Of a DNA stretch of 32,000 nucleotides, positions 1 through 8,427 are shown piece after piece (position 1 is the first letter of the stretch; each line of letters begins with the position of its first letter). Below the pieces are notes generated by a model, which saw only the letters and a list, made by a program, of their open reading frames with translations, did not search any database and was not told the DNA's origin. This DNA is from Methylorubrum extorquens (GTDB taxonomy: Bacteria > Pseudomonadota > Alphaproteobacteria > Rhizobiales > Beijerinckiaceae), in contig LT962688.1 in NCBI GenBank assembly GCA_900234795.1, forward strand, positions 3,300,001 to 3,332,000, given 5' to 3'. The translations under genes and the position numbers were made by a program.

Positions 1-434
1 CGCAGGGCGTTGATCGCCGCATTGAGCGAGGCCGCAGTGACGCCCGCCGCGGTCAGGATGCGGCCGGCCTCCCCGTCCTTCTCGACGGCGAAGGCCAGCA
101 GCAGGCGCTCGACGGTGACGTAGGAATCCCCCGCCTTCTCGGCCGCCTGCTCGGCGGTGTCGAATAGGCGCACGAGTTCGCGCGTCGCCTGCGGCTGCGC
201 GGCATTGCCCGAGACCTTCGGCTGCTTGGCGAGCCATTGCTCGACCTGCGCATGCGCGACCCGCGACTGGCCGCCGGCCCGGTCGATAAGACCGGCGCAG
301 AGCCCTTCGGGATCGTCGAGCAGGACCTTGAGGAGATGGCCGGGCGCGAGCTGCGGGTTGCCCTCGCGGACGGCGAGATTCTGAGCGGCCTGGACGAAGC
401 CACGGGCGCGCTCGGTGTACTTTTCGAAATTCAT
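1..434 (-). CDS. clpB: ClpB disaggregase chaperone, N-terminal part (gene continues past the left edge)
   Basis: The reverse-strand ATG at 434 translates to MNFEKYTERARGFVQAAQNLAVREGNPQLAPGHLLKVLLDDPEGL..., the typical Clp_N repeat region of ClpB. The frame stays open to position 1. It is missing from the ORF track because no stop lies inside the window. Confidence 0.9.
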   Translation of the reverse strand, partial: MNFEKYTERARGFVQAAQNLAVREGNPQLAPGHLLKVLLDDPEGLCAGLIDRAGGQSRVAHAQVEQWLAKQPKVSGNAAQPQATRELVRLFDTAEQAAEKAGDSYVTVERLLLAFAVEKDGEAGRILTAAGVTAASLNAAINAL

Positions 435-559
435 GCGTGTTGCCCTTCCCCGGATCGAAGATCGTCCGCCCGCTTGCGCGGCACGGAGCCTCCGATGCGT
501 TGTCCCGCGGGGTGAGCCCCACCGGGACACCGGCGCTTTATTGTGAGCCGCCGGTAGGG

Positions 560-590
560 ATGATCTGGTGTTGCGTATACGTGACACAAG
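560..590 (-). promoter_or_regulatory. Candidate heat-shock (sigma-32 type) promoter for clpB
   Basis: The minus strand reads CCCTCTCCCTCTTGTG-N16-CCAGATCAT. This resembles the RpoH pattern (TCTC-CCCTTGAA ... CCCCATNT) about 125 nt upstream of the clpB ATG. The match is only partial. Confidence 0.3.
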
Positions 591-661
591 AGGGAGAGGG
601 CGCCCAAAACGCATCCCAGGCGGGCATTCGGACCAAGCTTGCGCGGCCGATGCGTGGCCGT

Positions 662-1456
662 TCAGGCGGCGTCTTCGGCTTGCGGCATCACGTTAAGCCG
701 GTCGCCGACCGCCACGGCGCCGTCGCTGAGCACTTCGAGGTAGATGCCGAGATCGACATGGTCGAAATGGCGTTTCAGCGCCTTCGGCAGGTTGGTGTCG
801 CGCCGGGCCGTCTCCGGATTCACATCGACGGCAGCGCAGCGCGGCGTGCGGGCGAGCCCCCGCAGACGCAAGCCCCCGACGGTCACCTCCCGGCCGACCC
901 AATCCATCTCCGCCCACGGCTCCAGCCCATCGACGTAGATGTTGGCGCGGAAGCGCAAGGGGTGGATCGCGCCGCCTGTCCGCTCTTCCAGGGCGCGGAC
1001 CGAGGCGAGGTTGATGAGCGAGACCGCCCGCATGAAGGCCGGCGAGATCACGCTGCCGTCGGTGAACTTGTGGTCGGCCGCCCGCACGAGGCGCGGCCGA
1101 CCCTTGGCCGCCGGGCCGACATAGGCCTCGAAGAAGCGCTCGACCGCCTCGCGGCCCTCAGGCCGGGTCAGATCCTCGCTGAGCATCGTCGCGCCGTCGC
1201 GCGTGATCGTGAGCTGCCCGGTCTCGGGATCGAACCGCGTCGCGAGCGCCGCCAGCACCTCGTTGCTGCGCAGCATCAGGAAGTAGCCCTTATCGAGCGG
1301 CTCCGGGTTCTGCGGATCGAAGGCCGTGGTGCCGAGCGCGAGGGCGTATTCGCGGTCGAAGGCGAGGCCGGACGCGCGAGACAGCGTCAGTGCCGGAAGC
1401 GGCTCGGCCGAGAGGCCCTTGACCGGATATCTATAGAGCGCGGTGACCTCGGCCAT
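662..1456 (-). CDS. MOSC domain-containing protein (MOSC_N beta-barrel plus MOSC)
   Basis: 264-aa ORF with the N-terminal YRYPVKGLS motif, LRFRANIYVDGLEPWAE and the conserved cysteine in TPRCAAVDVNP. A strong SD (AGGAGGA) precedes the ATG at 1456. Confidence 0.85.
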   Translation of the reverse strand: MAEVTALYRYPVKGLSAEPLPALTLSRASGLAFDREYALALGTTAFDPQNPEPLDKGYFLMLRSNEVLAALATRFDPETGQLTITRDGATMLSEDLTRPEGREAVERFFEAYVGPAAKGRPRLVRAADHKFTDGSVISPAFMRAVSLINLASVRALEERTGGAIHPLRFRANIYVDGLEPWAEMDWVGREVTVGGLRLRGLARTPRCAAVDVNPETARRDTNLPKALKRHFDHVDLGIYLEVLSDGAVAVGDRLNVMPQAEDAA

Positions 1457-1592
1457 CTGTCCTCATCCTCCTGACGCAAAGCGGCAGGCTGACCGAGACT
1501 GCAGCGCCGGACCATGCGGAATTCTCCGTAGACGGCGCAGGGCTCCACCGGTCCGGTTGCAAATCGGGCGCGTCCGGCCTTAGCGAGTGGGA

Positions 1593-2369
1593 ATGAGCCA
1601 GAGCCCTGCCCTCCGCATCGCCGCCCTCTACCGCTATCCGGTCAAAGGCCTCTCGCCCGAGGCCGTAGAGACAGCCGAACTGGAAACGAGCGGCTACTTT
1701 CCCGGCGACCGGCTCTACGCCATCGAGAACGGCCCCTCCGGCTTCAACGAGACCGTGCCGCGCCACCTGCCGAAGATCGCCTACCTGATGTTGATGCGCA
1801 ACGAGGCGCTGGCCCGGCTGCGCACCCGGTTCGACGACGCCACGCACCGCCTCACGGTCGAGGAGAACGGGGTGCAGGCGGTGGATGCGGATCTGAGCAC
1901 GGCGGAGGGGCGCGAAGCGCTCGCCGCGTTCATGAAGGGGTTCCTGCCGCAGGAACTGCGCGGCGCGCCGCAGGTGCTGACGGCGCCGCCCGGCTACCGC
2001 TTCACCGATTCGCGCACAGGCTACGTCTCGCTCATCAACCGTGCGAGCGTGGCCGCAACCGAGGATCTCGCGGGCGCCCCGGTCGATCCCCTGCGCTTTC
2101 GCAGCAACCTCTATCTCGATGGGCTGGAGCCTTGGGCCGAACTCGACATGGTCGGCCGGGTGCTGGAAGCGGGCGACGTCCGGCTGAAGATCACGAGCCG
2201 GACCGAGCGCTGCGCGGCCACCAATGTCGATCCGCAGACGGGCCAGCGCGATCTGTCGATCCCGAGGACCCTGATGCAGGGTGTCGGCCACACCGATTGC
2301 GGCGTCTACGCCGAGGTTCTGGCCGGCGGCGTGCTGCGGACGGGCGACAGCCTGCGGGTGATCGGCTGA
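1593..2369 (+). CDS. MOSC domain-containing protein, paralogue of 662..1456
   Basis: Carries the same motifs: LYRYPVKGLS, LRFRSNLYLDGLEPWAE, TERCAATNVDP. The ATG at 1593 is preferred over the GTG at 1587 listed in the track. It is divergent from its paralogue. Confidence 0.85.
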   Translation: MSQSPALRIAALYRYPVKGLSPEAVETAELETSGYFPGDRLYAIENGPSGFNETVPRHLPKIAYLMLMRNEALARLRTRFDDATHRLTVEENGVQAVDADLSTAEGREALAAFMKGFLPQELRGAPQVLTAPPGYRFTDSRTGYVSLINRASVAATEDLAGAPVDPLRFRSNLYLDGLEPWAELDMVGRVLEAGDVRLKITSRTERCAATNVDPQTGQRDLSIPRTLMQGVGHTDCGVYAEVLAGGVLRTGDSLRVIG

Positions 2370-2376
2370 CGCGGAA

Positions 2377-2601
2377 TCAGCGCTTGCGCGCCTGGGCGCG
2401 GGCCGTGAGCCAGAGCGGCTCGGGCTCGGCGCAGGGCAGGAGCGCGGCCACGGCGTCGAGATCGACCGCGTAGTTGTCGGTGAGCTGGCGCCAGATGTCG
2501 GCGGACGAGCCCGCGCCCTGGCCGAGGCGCTCGACGATGCGGGCCAGCAAGCCGGGATGCGTCAGACTCGGACGCGGCATCGCCAGATCGGCACTCAGCA
2601 T
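2377..2601 (-). CDS. Small hypothetical protein (74 aa)
   Basis: An internal ATG at 2601 within listed ORF 2377..2715 is preceded by SD AAGGGGGA. Downstream of it GC3 is high. The upstream part of the listed ORF is AT-rich and looks non-coding. I recognise no family. Confidence 0.55.
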   Translation of the reverse strand: MLSADLAMPRPSLTHPGLLARIVERLGQGAGSSADIWRQLTDNYAVDLDAVAALLPCAEPEPLWLTARAQARKR

Positions 2602-2645
2602 GGTCGTCCCCCTTCGTTCAACCAGGGCATGATTGATCACGATGG

Positions 2646-2660
2646 TTAACCGCCGTTTAA
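2646..2660 (-). promoter_or_regulatory. CtrA-box-like site, TTAA-N7-TTAAC
   Basis: The plus strand reads ggTTAAccgccgtTTAAg, and the minus strand reads TTAA-ACGGCGG-TTAAC. It lies 45-59 nt upstream of the ATG at 2601, inside the only AT-rich stretch of this neighbourhood. Confidence 0.45.
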
Positions 2661-3000
2661 GCACCCCGCTGAAATCAGCTGAGACGAAGATCTGAATAGA
2701 GCTGAACGACCACACATAGCCGGTTTTGCCCGCCAGACTTGAGTTTCACCGTGTCGGGCCCTCGATCCCGTGATCGGCCGGGCGGCGTTTCAAGAGTGAC
2801 ACGAAGCGTCGCTAGAGCATCGTCCCGTGGGGTGGCCGCCGGGATCCGACGGGCCGGCGCCGGTCGGATGGCCTGACAACGCTCCTCGCATGGCACCCAT
2901 CGCGGGATCGCGAGCACGCGGACTCTTCGCTCTGCACAAAGCCTGCGCTAGAAGCCTGCCGAATCCGCCTCCGACTCGAGAGAGAGCCAGGACGACCGCG

Positions 3001-3897
3001 ATGACCGATCCGCTGCCGAACGTGCATGTGCGCGCCGAGATCCTGACCCAGGCGCTGCCGCACATGCAGCGCTACGATCAGGAAATCGTCGTCATCAAGT
3101 ATGGCGGCCACGCCATGGGTGACCCGGCGGCGGCGGAGGACTTCGCCGAGGATATCGTGCTGCTCGAACAATCCGGCCTGAAGCCGATCGTCGTGCATGG
3201 CGGCGGGCCGCAGATCGGCAAGATGCTGGCCCGGCTCGGCATCGAATCGGAGTTCCGCGGCGGGTTGCGCGTCACCGACGAGGCCACCGTCGAGGTGGTC
3301 GAGATGGTTCTGGCCGGCTCGATCAACAAGCAGATCGTCGGCTGGATCGCCGCCGAGGGCGGCCGGGCGATCGGCCTGTGTGGCAAGGACGGCAACATGG
3401 TCCGCGCCAAGCGGGCGATGCGGACGATCAAGGATCCCGACAGCAACATCGAGCAGGCGATCGACCTCGGCCTCGTCGGCGAGCCGGAGCATGTCGAGCG
3501 CGGCGTACTCGATGCGGTGCTGAAGGCCGAGCTGATCCCGGTGCTTGCTCCCGTGGCCTATGGCGAGGACGGCAAGACCTACAACGTCAACGCCGACACC
3601 TTCGCCGGCGCCATCGCCGGGGCGCTGCGGGCCAAGCGCCTGTTGCTGCTGACCGACGTGCCCGGCGTGCTCGACAAGGACAAGAACCTGATTCAGGAGC
3701 TCTCGGTCGAGGATTGCCGCCGCCTGATCGCCGACGGCACCATCACCGGCGGCATGATCCCGAAGGTCGAGACCTGCATCTACGCCCTCGAACAGGGCGT
3801 CGAGGCGGTGGTCATCCTCAACGGCAAGGTCCCCCACGCGGCGCTGCTCGAGCTGTTCACCGATTTTGGTGCGGGCACTCTGATCCGGCGCAGCTGA
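3001..3897 (+). CDS. argB: Acetylglutamate kinase
   Basis: [39 protein letters not shown]..., VHGGGPQIG and NVNADT are canonical ArgB motifs. The in-frame region upstream (2827-3000) has poor GC3, so I take the ATG at 3001. Confidence 0.95.
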   Translation: MTDPLPNVHVRAEILTQALPHMQRYDQEIVVIKYGGHAMGDPAAAEDFAEDIVLLEQSGLKPIVVHGGGPQIGKMLARLGIESEFRGGLRVTDEATVEVVEMVLAGSINKQIVGWIAAEGGRAIGLCGKDGNMVRAKRAMRTIKDPDSNIEQAIDLGLVGEPEHVERGVLDAVLKAELIPVLAPVAYGEDGKTYNVNADTFAGAIAGALRAKRLLLLTDVPGVLDKDKNLIQELSVEDCRRLIADGTITGGMIPKVETCIYALEQGVEAVVILNGKVPHAALLELFTDFGAGTLIRRS

Positions 3898-3933
3898 CGG
3901 CAGCGCTTCCCAGCGGCTTTCAACTCCCTACAT

Positions 3934-3967
3934 ACGGGACGGGGCATCCCCGTCCCGTTTCTCCTTT
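3934..3967 (+). terminator. Rho-independent terminator after argB
   Basis: A perfect 11-bp stem, ACGGGACGGGG (3934-3944) with CCCCGTCCCGT (3948-3958), has a 3-nt loop and is followed by TTCTCCTTTC. Confidence 0.7.
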
Positions 3968-3984
3968 CAAGCGTCACCCTCCCC

Positions 3985-4731
3985 TTGCTCCTTCCCGGCG
4001 AGAGTCACTTCACCACCTCCGACGCCCGCGGGTTCTCCCACGTCGATACCTGGGTGTTCGATCTCGACAACACGCTCTACCCGAGCGACGCGCGGGTCTG
4101 GCCGCAGGTGGACGAGCGGATCACGCTCTACGTCATGCGGCTCTACGGGCTCGACGCGATCTCGGCGCGCGCCCTGCAGAAGCATTTCTACCACCGCTAC
4201 GGCACCACCCTGAAGGCGCTGATGGTGGAGGAAGGGGTCGATCCGCACGACTTCCTCGACTTCGCCCACGACATCGACCACTCGACGATCAAGCTCGACG
4301 AAGCGCTCGGGACCGCGATCGAGCATCTGCCGGGCCGCAAGCTGATCCTCACCAACGGATCGCGCCGCCACGCGGAATCGGTCGCGGGCAAGCTCGGCAT
4401 CCTCGACCATTTCGAGGACGTGTTCGACATCGCCGACGCCGACTTCATCCCCAAGCCCGACCGCGGCACCTACGAGCGCTTCCTTCTGCGCCACGGGGTC
4501 GATCCCCGGCGCTCGGCCCTGTTCGAGGACATCGCCCGCAACCTCGTTGTGCCGCACGACCTCGGCATGGCGACCGTGCTGGTGGTGCCGCCGACGCCCG
4601 ATCCGTTCCGCGAACTGTTCGAGCAGGAGGCGGTGCAGGAGCCGCATATCGATCACATCACCAGCGATCTGGCGGCCTTCCTCGTGCGCTGCGTGCTGCC
4701 GGTCGTCCCGCCCGAGCCCGCCGCGCCGTGA
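3985..4731 (+). CDS. HAD-superfamily pyrimidine 5'-nucleotidase (SDT1-like)
   Basis: Carries the WVFDLDNTLY (DxD) motif, LTNGS and a C-terminal HAD core. The TTG start at 3985 has no clear SD, so the start is uncertain. Confidence 0.85.
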   Translation: MLLPGESHFTTSDARGFSHVDTWVFDLDNTLYPSDARVWPQVDERITLYVMRLYGLDAISARALQKHFYHRYGTTLKALMVEEGVDPHDFLDFAHDIDHSTIKLDEALGTAIEHLPGRKLILTNGSRRHAESVAGKLGILDHFEDVFDIADADFIPKPDRGTYERFLLRHGVDPRRSALFEDIARNLVVPHDLGMATVLVVPPTPDPFRELFEQEAVQEPHIDHITSDLAAFLVRCVLPVVPPEPAAP

Positions 4732-5168
4732 GTGAGGTGGCTGCGGGCCACTGGGCCGAGATCAAGGCTCCGAGTCTGGCCGAGATCGAGGCCCTGGCCG
4801 AGGCCGCCTTCGCCGCCCTGCCGGAGGAATTCCGGGCGCTCTGCGCGGGCGTGCGAATCCACATCGACGATTTCCCCGACGACGAGACCCTGACCGAGAT
4901 GGGGTGCGAGTCGGAGTTCGACCTGCTCGGCCTATTCCGTGGCATCGGGCTGGCGCAGGCGGGCGAAGTCGCCACGGGGCAGATGCCCAACGCCGTCTGG
5001 CTCTATCGCCGGCCGTTGCTCGATTACTGGGCCGAGCACGACGAGACGCTGGGCCACCTCGTCACCCACGTCCTCGTCCATGAGATCGGCCACCATTTCG
5101 GCCTCTCCGACGACGACATGGCCGGCATCGAGGCGGCGGCCGACGCGATCGAGCCGTCGGACGCCTGA
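4728..5168 (+). CDS. Zinc metallopeptidase-like protein (HExxH; DUF1025/zincin-like family)
   Basis: Only the last ~146 codons of listed ORF 3378..5168 look real. They contain LVHEIGHHFGLSDDDM. The GTG at 4728 overlaps the TGA of the upstream gene (GTGA). The GTG at 4737 is an alternative start. Confidence 0.8.
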   Translation: MSEVAAGHWAEIKAPSLAEIEALAEAAFAALPEEFRALCAGVRIHIDDFPDDETLTEMGCESEFDLLGLFRGIGLAQAGEVATGQMPNAVWLYRRPLLDYWAEHDETLGHLVTHVLVHEIGHHFGLSDDDMAGIEAAADAIEPSDA

Positions 5169-5172
5169 GGTG

Positions 5173-6405
5173 TCAGCCCCGCGCGGGCAGGCGCGGGATC
5201 AGCCCGACCTTGGGCCGGCGGGAGCGGAACTGCCCACGCTCGATCGCCACGAAGGTGAGGATCGCCAGGGCGAGCGTGGTGAGCCACCAGATCGTGGTGA
5301 GGCCGACGCCGACGCAGCCGATGGCGAAGGCGGTCGCGAAGGCCGCCATGGCGCAGGGCGCCAGCACCGTGGCGTCGCGGCCGGCGCGATGGATCGCGCC
5401 GTAGAGGGCGAAGGCCGCAGCGAAGGCGCCGACGATGCCGAGTTCGTACCAGAATTCGAACAGCATCGTGGTCGGCGCATTGATCGGCAGGATGCCGAAG
5501 ATCTTTCCGCGCAGGGCCGTCTCGAGGCCGTGGCCGGTCACGAGCCGCACCGGCTCCAGGGTGACGACCTTCTGCCATGCCTTGAGCGCCAGCACGCCGG
5601 GCGCCACGGGGCCGAACAGGGCGATACCGATGGGACGCGCGAGGAACGGCAGCAGCGGCGCGGCCACGAGCAGGCCGGCGGCGGTGAGCGCGGTGACGCG
5701 CACGCCGAGCGACAGGCGCCAATGCGTCAGCGCGAAGACGAGTGCCCCGATGGCCAGCGCGAACAGCGCGGTCACGCCCGGCGCCAGCAGCAGCGCGCCC
5801 GCGACCAGCACGATCACCACGAGCGAGCCCAGGTCGCGACGGCGCGAGCGCAACCACGCCACGGCGGGCCAGGCCAGCAGCGCCAGCAGCACCGCGCCGC
5901 GCTCCAGGGCGCTGTCGCCGTCCGGGTTGTCCTTGAGCATCGCGTCGCCGACGAGGTTGATCAGGATCGCGACGATGGCCGCCGCGCCGACGCCGAGCGG
6001 CAGCAGGTAGAGGTTGGCCGAGCGCATCCGGTCGGGGAGCGCGAGGTAGGCCAGCAGCGTCATCACCACGATAGCGACGAGGTTGGCCAGCCGCTCGCTC
6101 GCGGGCCCGGGAAACGGCGTCCAAACCAGCGACAGTCCCGACCAGAACACCACCAGCATCCCAGCCAGGAAGGACGGCGCGGTCAGCAGCCGCTTCAGGG
6201 CCGGACCGACGGCGCGCTGATGCTGATCGATGGCGCTCGCGGTGATCAGCAGGACGACGGCGATGGGCGCGAGCACCACGGTGGCGCGGCGCGAGACCTG
6301 CGCGGCCACCGGCAGCACCACGAACAGGCCGAAGAAGCCGATACGGCGCAGCAGGGCCGCCGCGTCGAGGGCGGGATCGACGGTCGTGGTCGGGGGACGC
6401 GGCAT
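5173..6405 (-). CDS. Polytopic inner-membrane protein, O-antigen ligase (Wzy_C)-like
   Basis: 410 aa with roughly 10 or more hydrophobic helices. The region GHGLE...INAPTTMLFEFWYELGIVG resembles the Wzy_C/O-antigen ligase signature. No SD precedes the ATG. The family call is tentative. Confidence 0.7.
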   Translation of the reverse strand: MPRPPTTTVDPALDAAALLRRIGFFGLFVVLPVAAQVSRRATVVLAPIAVVLLITASAIDQHQRAVGPALKRLLTAPSFLAGMLVVFWSGLSLVWTPFPGPASERLANLVAIVVMTLLAYLALPDRMRSANLYLLPLGVGAAAIVAILINLVGDAMLKDNPDGDSALERGAVLLALLAWPAVAWLRSRRRDLGSLVVIVLVAGALLLAPGVTALFALAIGALVFALTHWRLSLGVRVTALTAAGLLVAAPLLPFLARPIGIALFGPVAPGVLALKAWQKVVTLEPVRLVTGHGLETALRGKIFGILPINAPTTMLFEFWYELGIVGAFAAAFALYGAIHRAGRDATVLAPCAMAAFATAFAIGCVGVGLTTIWWLTTLALAILTFVAIERGQFRSRRPKVGLIPRLPARG

Positions 6406-6534
6406 GATCGAGGGAGGACCGGATCCGGCGCCCCTGCGGAGTGCGGGCGCTTAGCCTACACCTAGTGCAGGCGGGTGGGCCGGGCTGTAGAGGCGCTGCA
6501 ACACCTCAGCCCCCGTATCAGTGCCGGATTTGCA

Positions 6535-7065
6535 TCAAACTGGCGTGGTTTGCGGCCGCGGGCGGCGCCGGCGGCGGGCGAGGTAGCGTCCCACATCGCT
6601 GGTGACGCGCCAGCCGCCCCAGGCGGCAAGGAAGCCGAGCAGGCCGGCGACGAGACCGTCCGCCGTGGTCGGCACCGCCGGCTGATAGTCGCGATAGGTA
6701 GCGCGGGCGATGCTCATGTCGGGGTCACGGGCCATCACGCTGAGGCGCCCGAGCGGGCTCGCCGCCGTATCGAGGGCGAGCTTCTGCGCCTCCAGCCGCT
6801 TTAACCGCTCGACATCGGCCCGGGCCGATTCGCCGCGTCGGGCGATGAAGGCATCCGGGTTGGTCCGCAGCAGCGCCAGCGCCTCGTCCCGGCTGCGGCC
6901 CGTGGCCTGGGCGTCGGCATCGAGCGAGGCGATAGCGCGGCGCAGCTCGTCCAGGGCCCCGCCGAGGCGCTGGGTGTATTGCTGGGCGAATTCCGGTGCC
7001 TGCGCGGCGATGACCGCCGCGAGCAGTCCGAAGGCAAGGCCGAGCGTTCGGACGACACGGAACAT
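6535..7065 (-). CDS. DUF2937 family protein
   Basis: N-terminal hydrophobic helix, then PEFAQQYTQRLGGALDELRR and a C-terminal TM segment, as in DUF2937. The ATG at 7065 is preceded by SD AAGGAAG. The listed start at 7068 is a TTG one codon upstream. Confidence 0.75.
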   Translation of the reverse strand: MFRVVRTLGLAFGLLAAVIAAQAPEFAQQYTQRLGGALDELRRAIASLDADAQATGRSRDEALALLRTNPDAFIARRGESARADVERLKRLEAQKLALDTAASPLGRLSVMARDPDMSIARATYRDYQPAVPTTADGLVAGLLGFLAAWGGWRVTSDVGRYLARRRRRPRPQTTPV

Positions 7066-7131
7066 CAAAACTTCCTTCGCGGGGGCACCCCGGTTTGTAG
7101 GGCGATCCGCGGCGCCGGGGAGGGCCGCGAC

Positions 7132-7392
7132 TCAATCTTGGCCGAGGGCGGCCGCCACATCCGCCTCGCTGAGGGCGTCGAGCGCCCCGGCGATCTTCAC
7201 CGCCCGCGTCTTCTCGCCGGGCGGGAACAGCAGGACCACGGTCTCGGTGCCGGGACAGGCCGGATCGGTGCAGACGATCTCGCTCACGCTCATCGCCGTG
7301 TCCGGGCCGTAACCGCCCGCCTTCCGCAGCCACGCCTCGACGCGCCGCCGGGCGGCGGCGTCGGGCTTCGGGGCGCGTCCGAACAGGGCCAC
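7132..7392 (-). CDS. Small conserved hypothetical protein (86 aa, CxxxxC motif)
   Basis: GTG start 10 nt after the WD40 stop. GC3 is high. The motif is VCTDPACPGTETVV. The start codon is uncertain because no SD is present. Confidence 0.55.
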   Translation of the reverse strand: MALFGRAPKPDAAARRRVEAWLRKAGGYGPDTAMSVSEIVCTDPACPGTETVVLLFPPGEKTRAVKIAGALDALSEADVAAALGQD

Positions 7393-7402
7393 GGCGCGGG
7401 CG

Positions 7403-8410
7403 TCAGGCCGGCAGGGTGAGTAGGCCGGCCTGACCGTCGGCGCAGCCGAAGGCGAGGCGGGCGCCGGCCGGGTCCCAGGCCAGCGCCGAGATCGCGCTGC
7501 CCTTTACCGCCGGGCGCACCAGCAGCTCCGAGGCGTCGGAGAAGCGCACCAGCAGCACGCAGCCATCCTCGTAGCCGATCGCCAGGACCGGCGCCTTCGG
7601 GTGGAAGGCGACCTGCGAGACCCGCGCCGGCCGCACGCCGCATTCCCGCGGCGCCTTGCCGGTGGGGCCCTCCTTGGAGTCGAACGGCCAGACGATGGCG
7701 GCCTCGGCGCCGCTGGTGGCGAGCCACTTGCCGTCCGCCGACCACGAGAGCGACCGCACCTTGGCGGGATAGCCCGACATCCGCATGTGGCCGCGGTCGG
7801 GCTGGAGGCGCCAGCCATGCAGCGCGTTCTCCTGCATGGTCGAGACGACGAAGCGGCCGTCGGGCGACCACGTCACGTCGAGATGCGAGCCCTTCCACTC
7901 GATGAATTCGGGCGGCGTTTCGAGGTTCGGGTACCAGAGGCTGACGCCGTTGTAGTGGGCCACCGCGAGCCGGTAGCCCTTCGGCGCGAAGGCGAGGCCG
8001 CGGCCGGTGGTGGGCGCCGTGAGGGTTTTTTCGCGGCCCTTGGCGTCGCGGGCGACGATCGCGCGGCCCGAGGCGAAGGCGAACGAGCCGTCGCCGTGGA
8101 GCGCCAGCGCGTCGATCCAGCCGCCGCCCTTGGCCTGCGCCAACTCGCTCGACCGGCCGTCCGCCGCCGTCGCGACCACGCGGCCGTCGTCGCCCCCGCT
8201 CACGAGCCGGGCGCCGTCGCTGGCCGCCACGAGGATGCCGCTGTCGGGATGAGCCGCCACGGTCTCGGTCGCGCCGTCGCGGGCCAGCAGCACGCCGCCG
8301 TCAGCCAGCGCCAGCGCCAACGTCCCCTTGAGCCAGTGGGCGGCGGTGACGTGGGCGCCGGCCGCGATATCAGCGACGTGGTCGGTAAGGGAGGGAGCGG
8401 AGGCGCTCAT
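7403..8410 (-). CDS. WD40-repeat beta-propeller protein
   Basis: An internal ATG at 8410 (SD GAAGGAAG) lies within listed ORF 7403..8869. Repeated WD-like blades are present: WSPDGRFVVS, WSADGKWLATSG, LAWDPAGARLAFG. The listed N-terminal extension overlaps the upstream gene and is Arg/Gly-rich junk. Confidence 0.8.
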   Translation of the reverse strand: MSASAPSLTDHVADIAAGAHVTAAHWLKGTLALALADGGVLLARDGATETVAAHPDSGILVAASDGARLVSGGDDGRVVATAADGRSSELAQAKGGGWIDALALHGDGSFAFASGRAIVARDAKGREKTLTAPTTGRGLAFAPKGYRLAVAHYNGVSLWYPNLETPPEFIEWKGSHLDVTWSPDGRFVVSTMQENALHGWRLQPDRGHMRMSGYPAKVRSLSWSADGKWLATSGAEAAIVWPFDSKEGPTGKAPRECGVRPARVSQVAFHPKAPVLAIGYEDGCVLLVRFSDASELLVRPAVKGSAISALAWDPAGARLAFGCADGQAGLLTLPA

Positions 8411-8427
8411 GCCGGAGGGGTCTTCCT

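Noticed and set aside
437-1474. 345-aa plus-strand ORF, and similarly 1431..2291 on the minus strand.
   Set aside because: They are antisense to the two MOSC genes, whose frames carry the conserved family motifs and good SD sequences.
2827-3000. Upstream in-frame extension of argB (GTG 2827 or ATG 2890).
   Set aside because: Codon third positions there are frequently A or T, unlike the rest of the gene. The ArgB homologue N-terminus aligns with the ATG at 3001.
3378-5168. 596-aa plus-strand ORF spanning argB, the nucleotidase and the metallopeptidase.
   Set aside because: Most of it is an alternate frame across two well-supported genes and is Arg/Pro/Gly-rich. Only the last ~146 codons (from GTG 4728) form a credible HExxH protein.
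4939-6465. 508-aa plus-strand ORF, 366-aa minus-strand ORF (5024..6124) and other ORFs overlapping 5173..6405.
   Set aside because: They are alternate or antisense frames of the polytopic membrane protein gene. Their highly charged Arg/Asp/Gly repeats are not protein-like.
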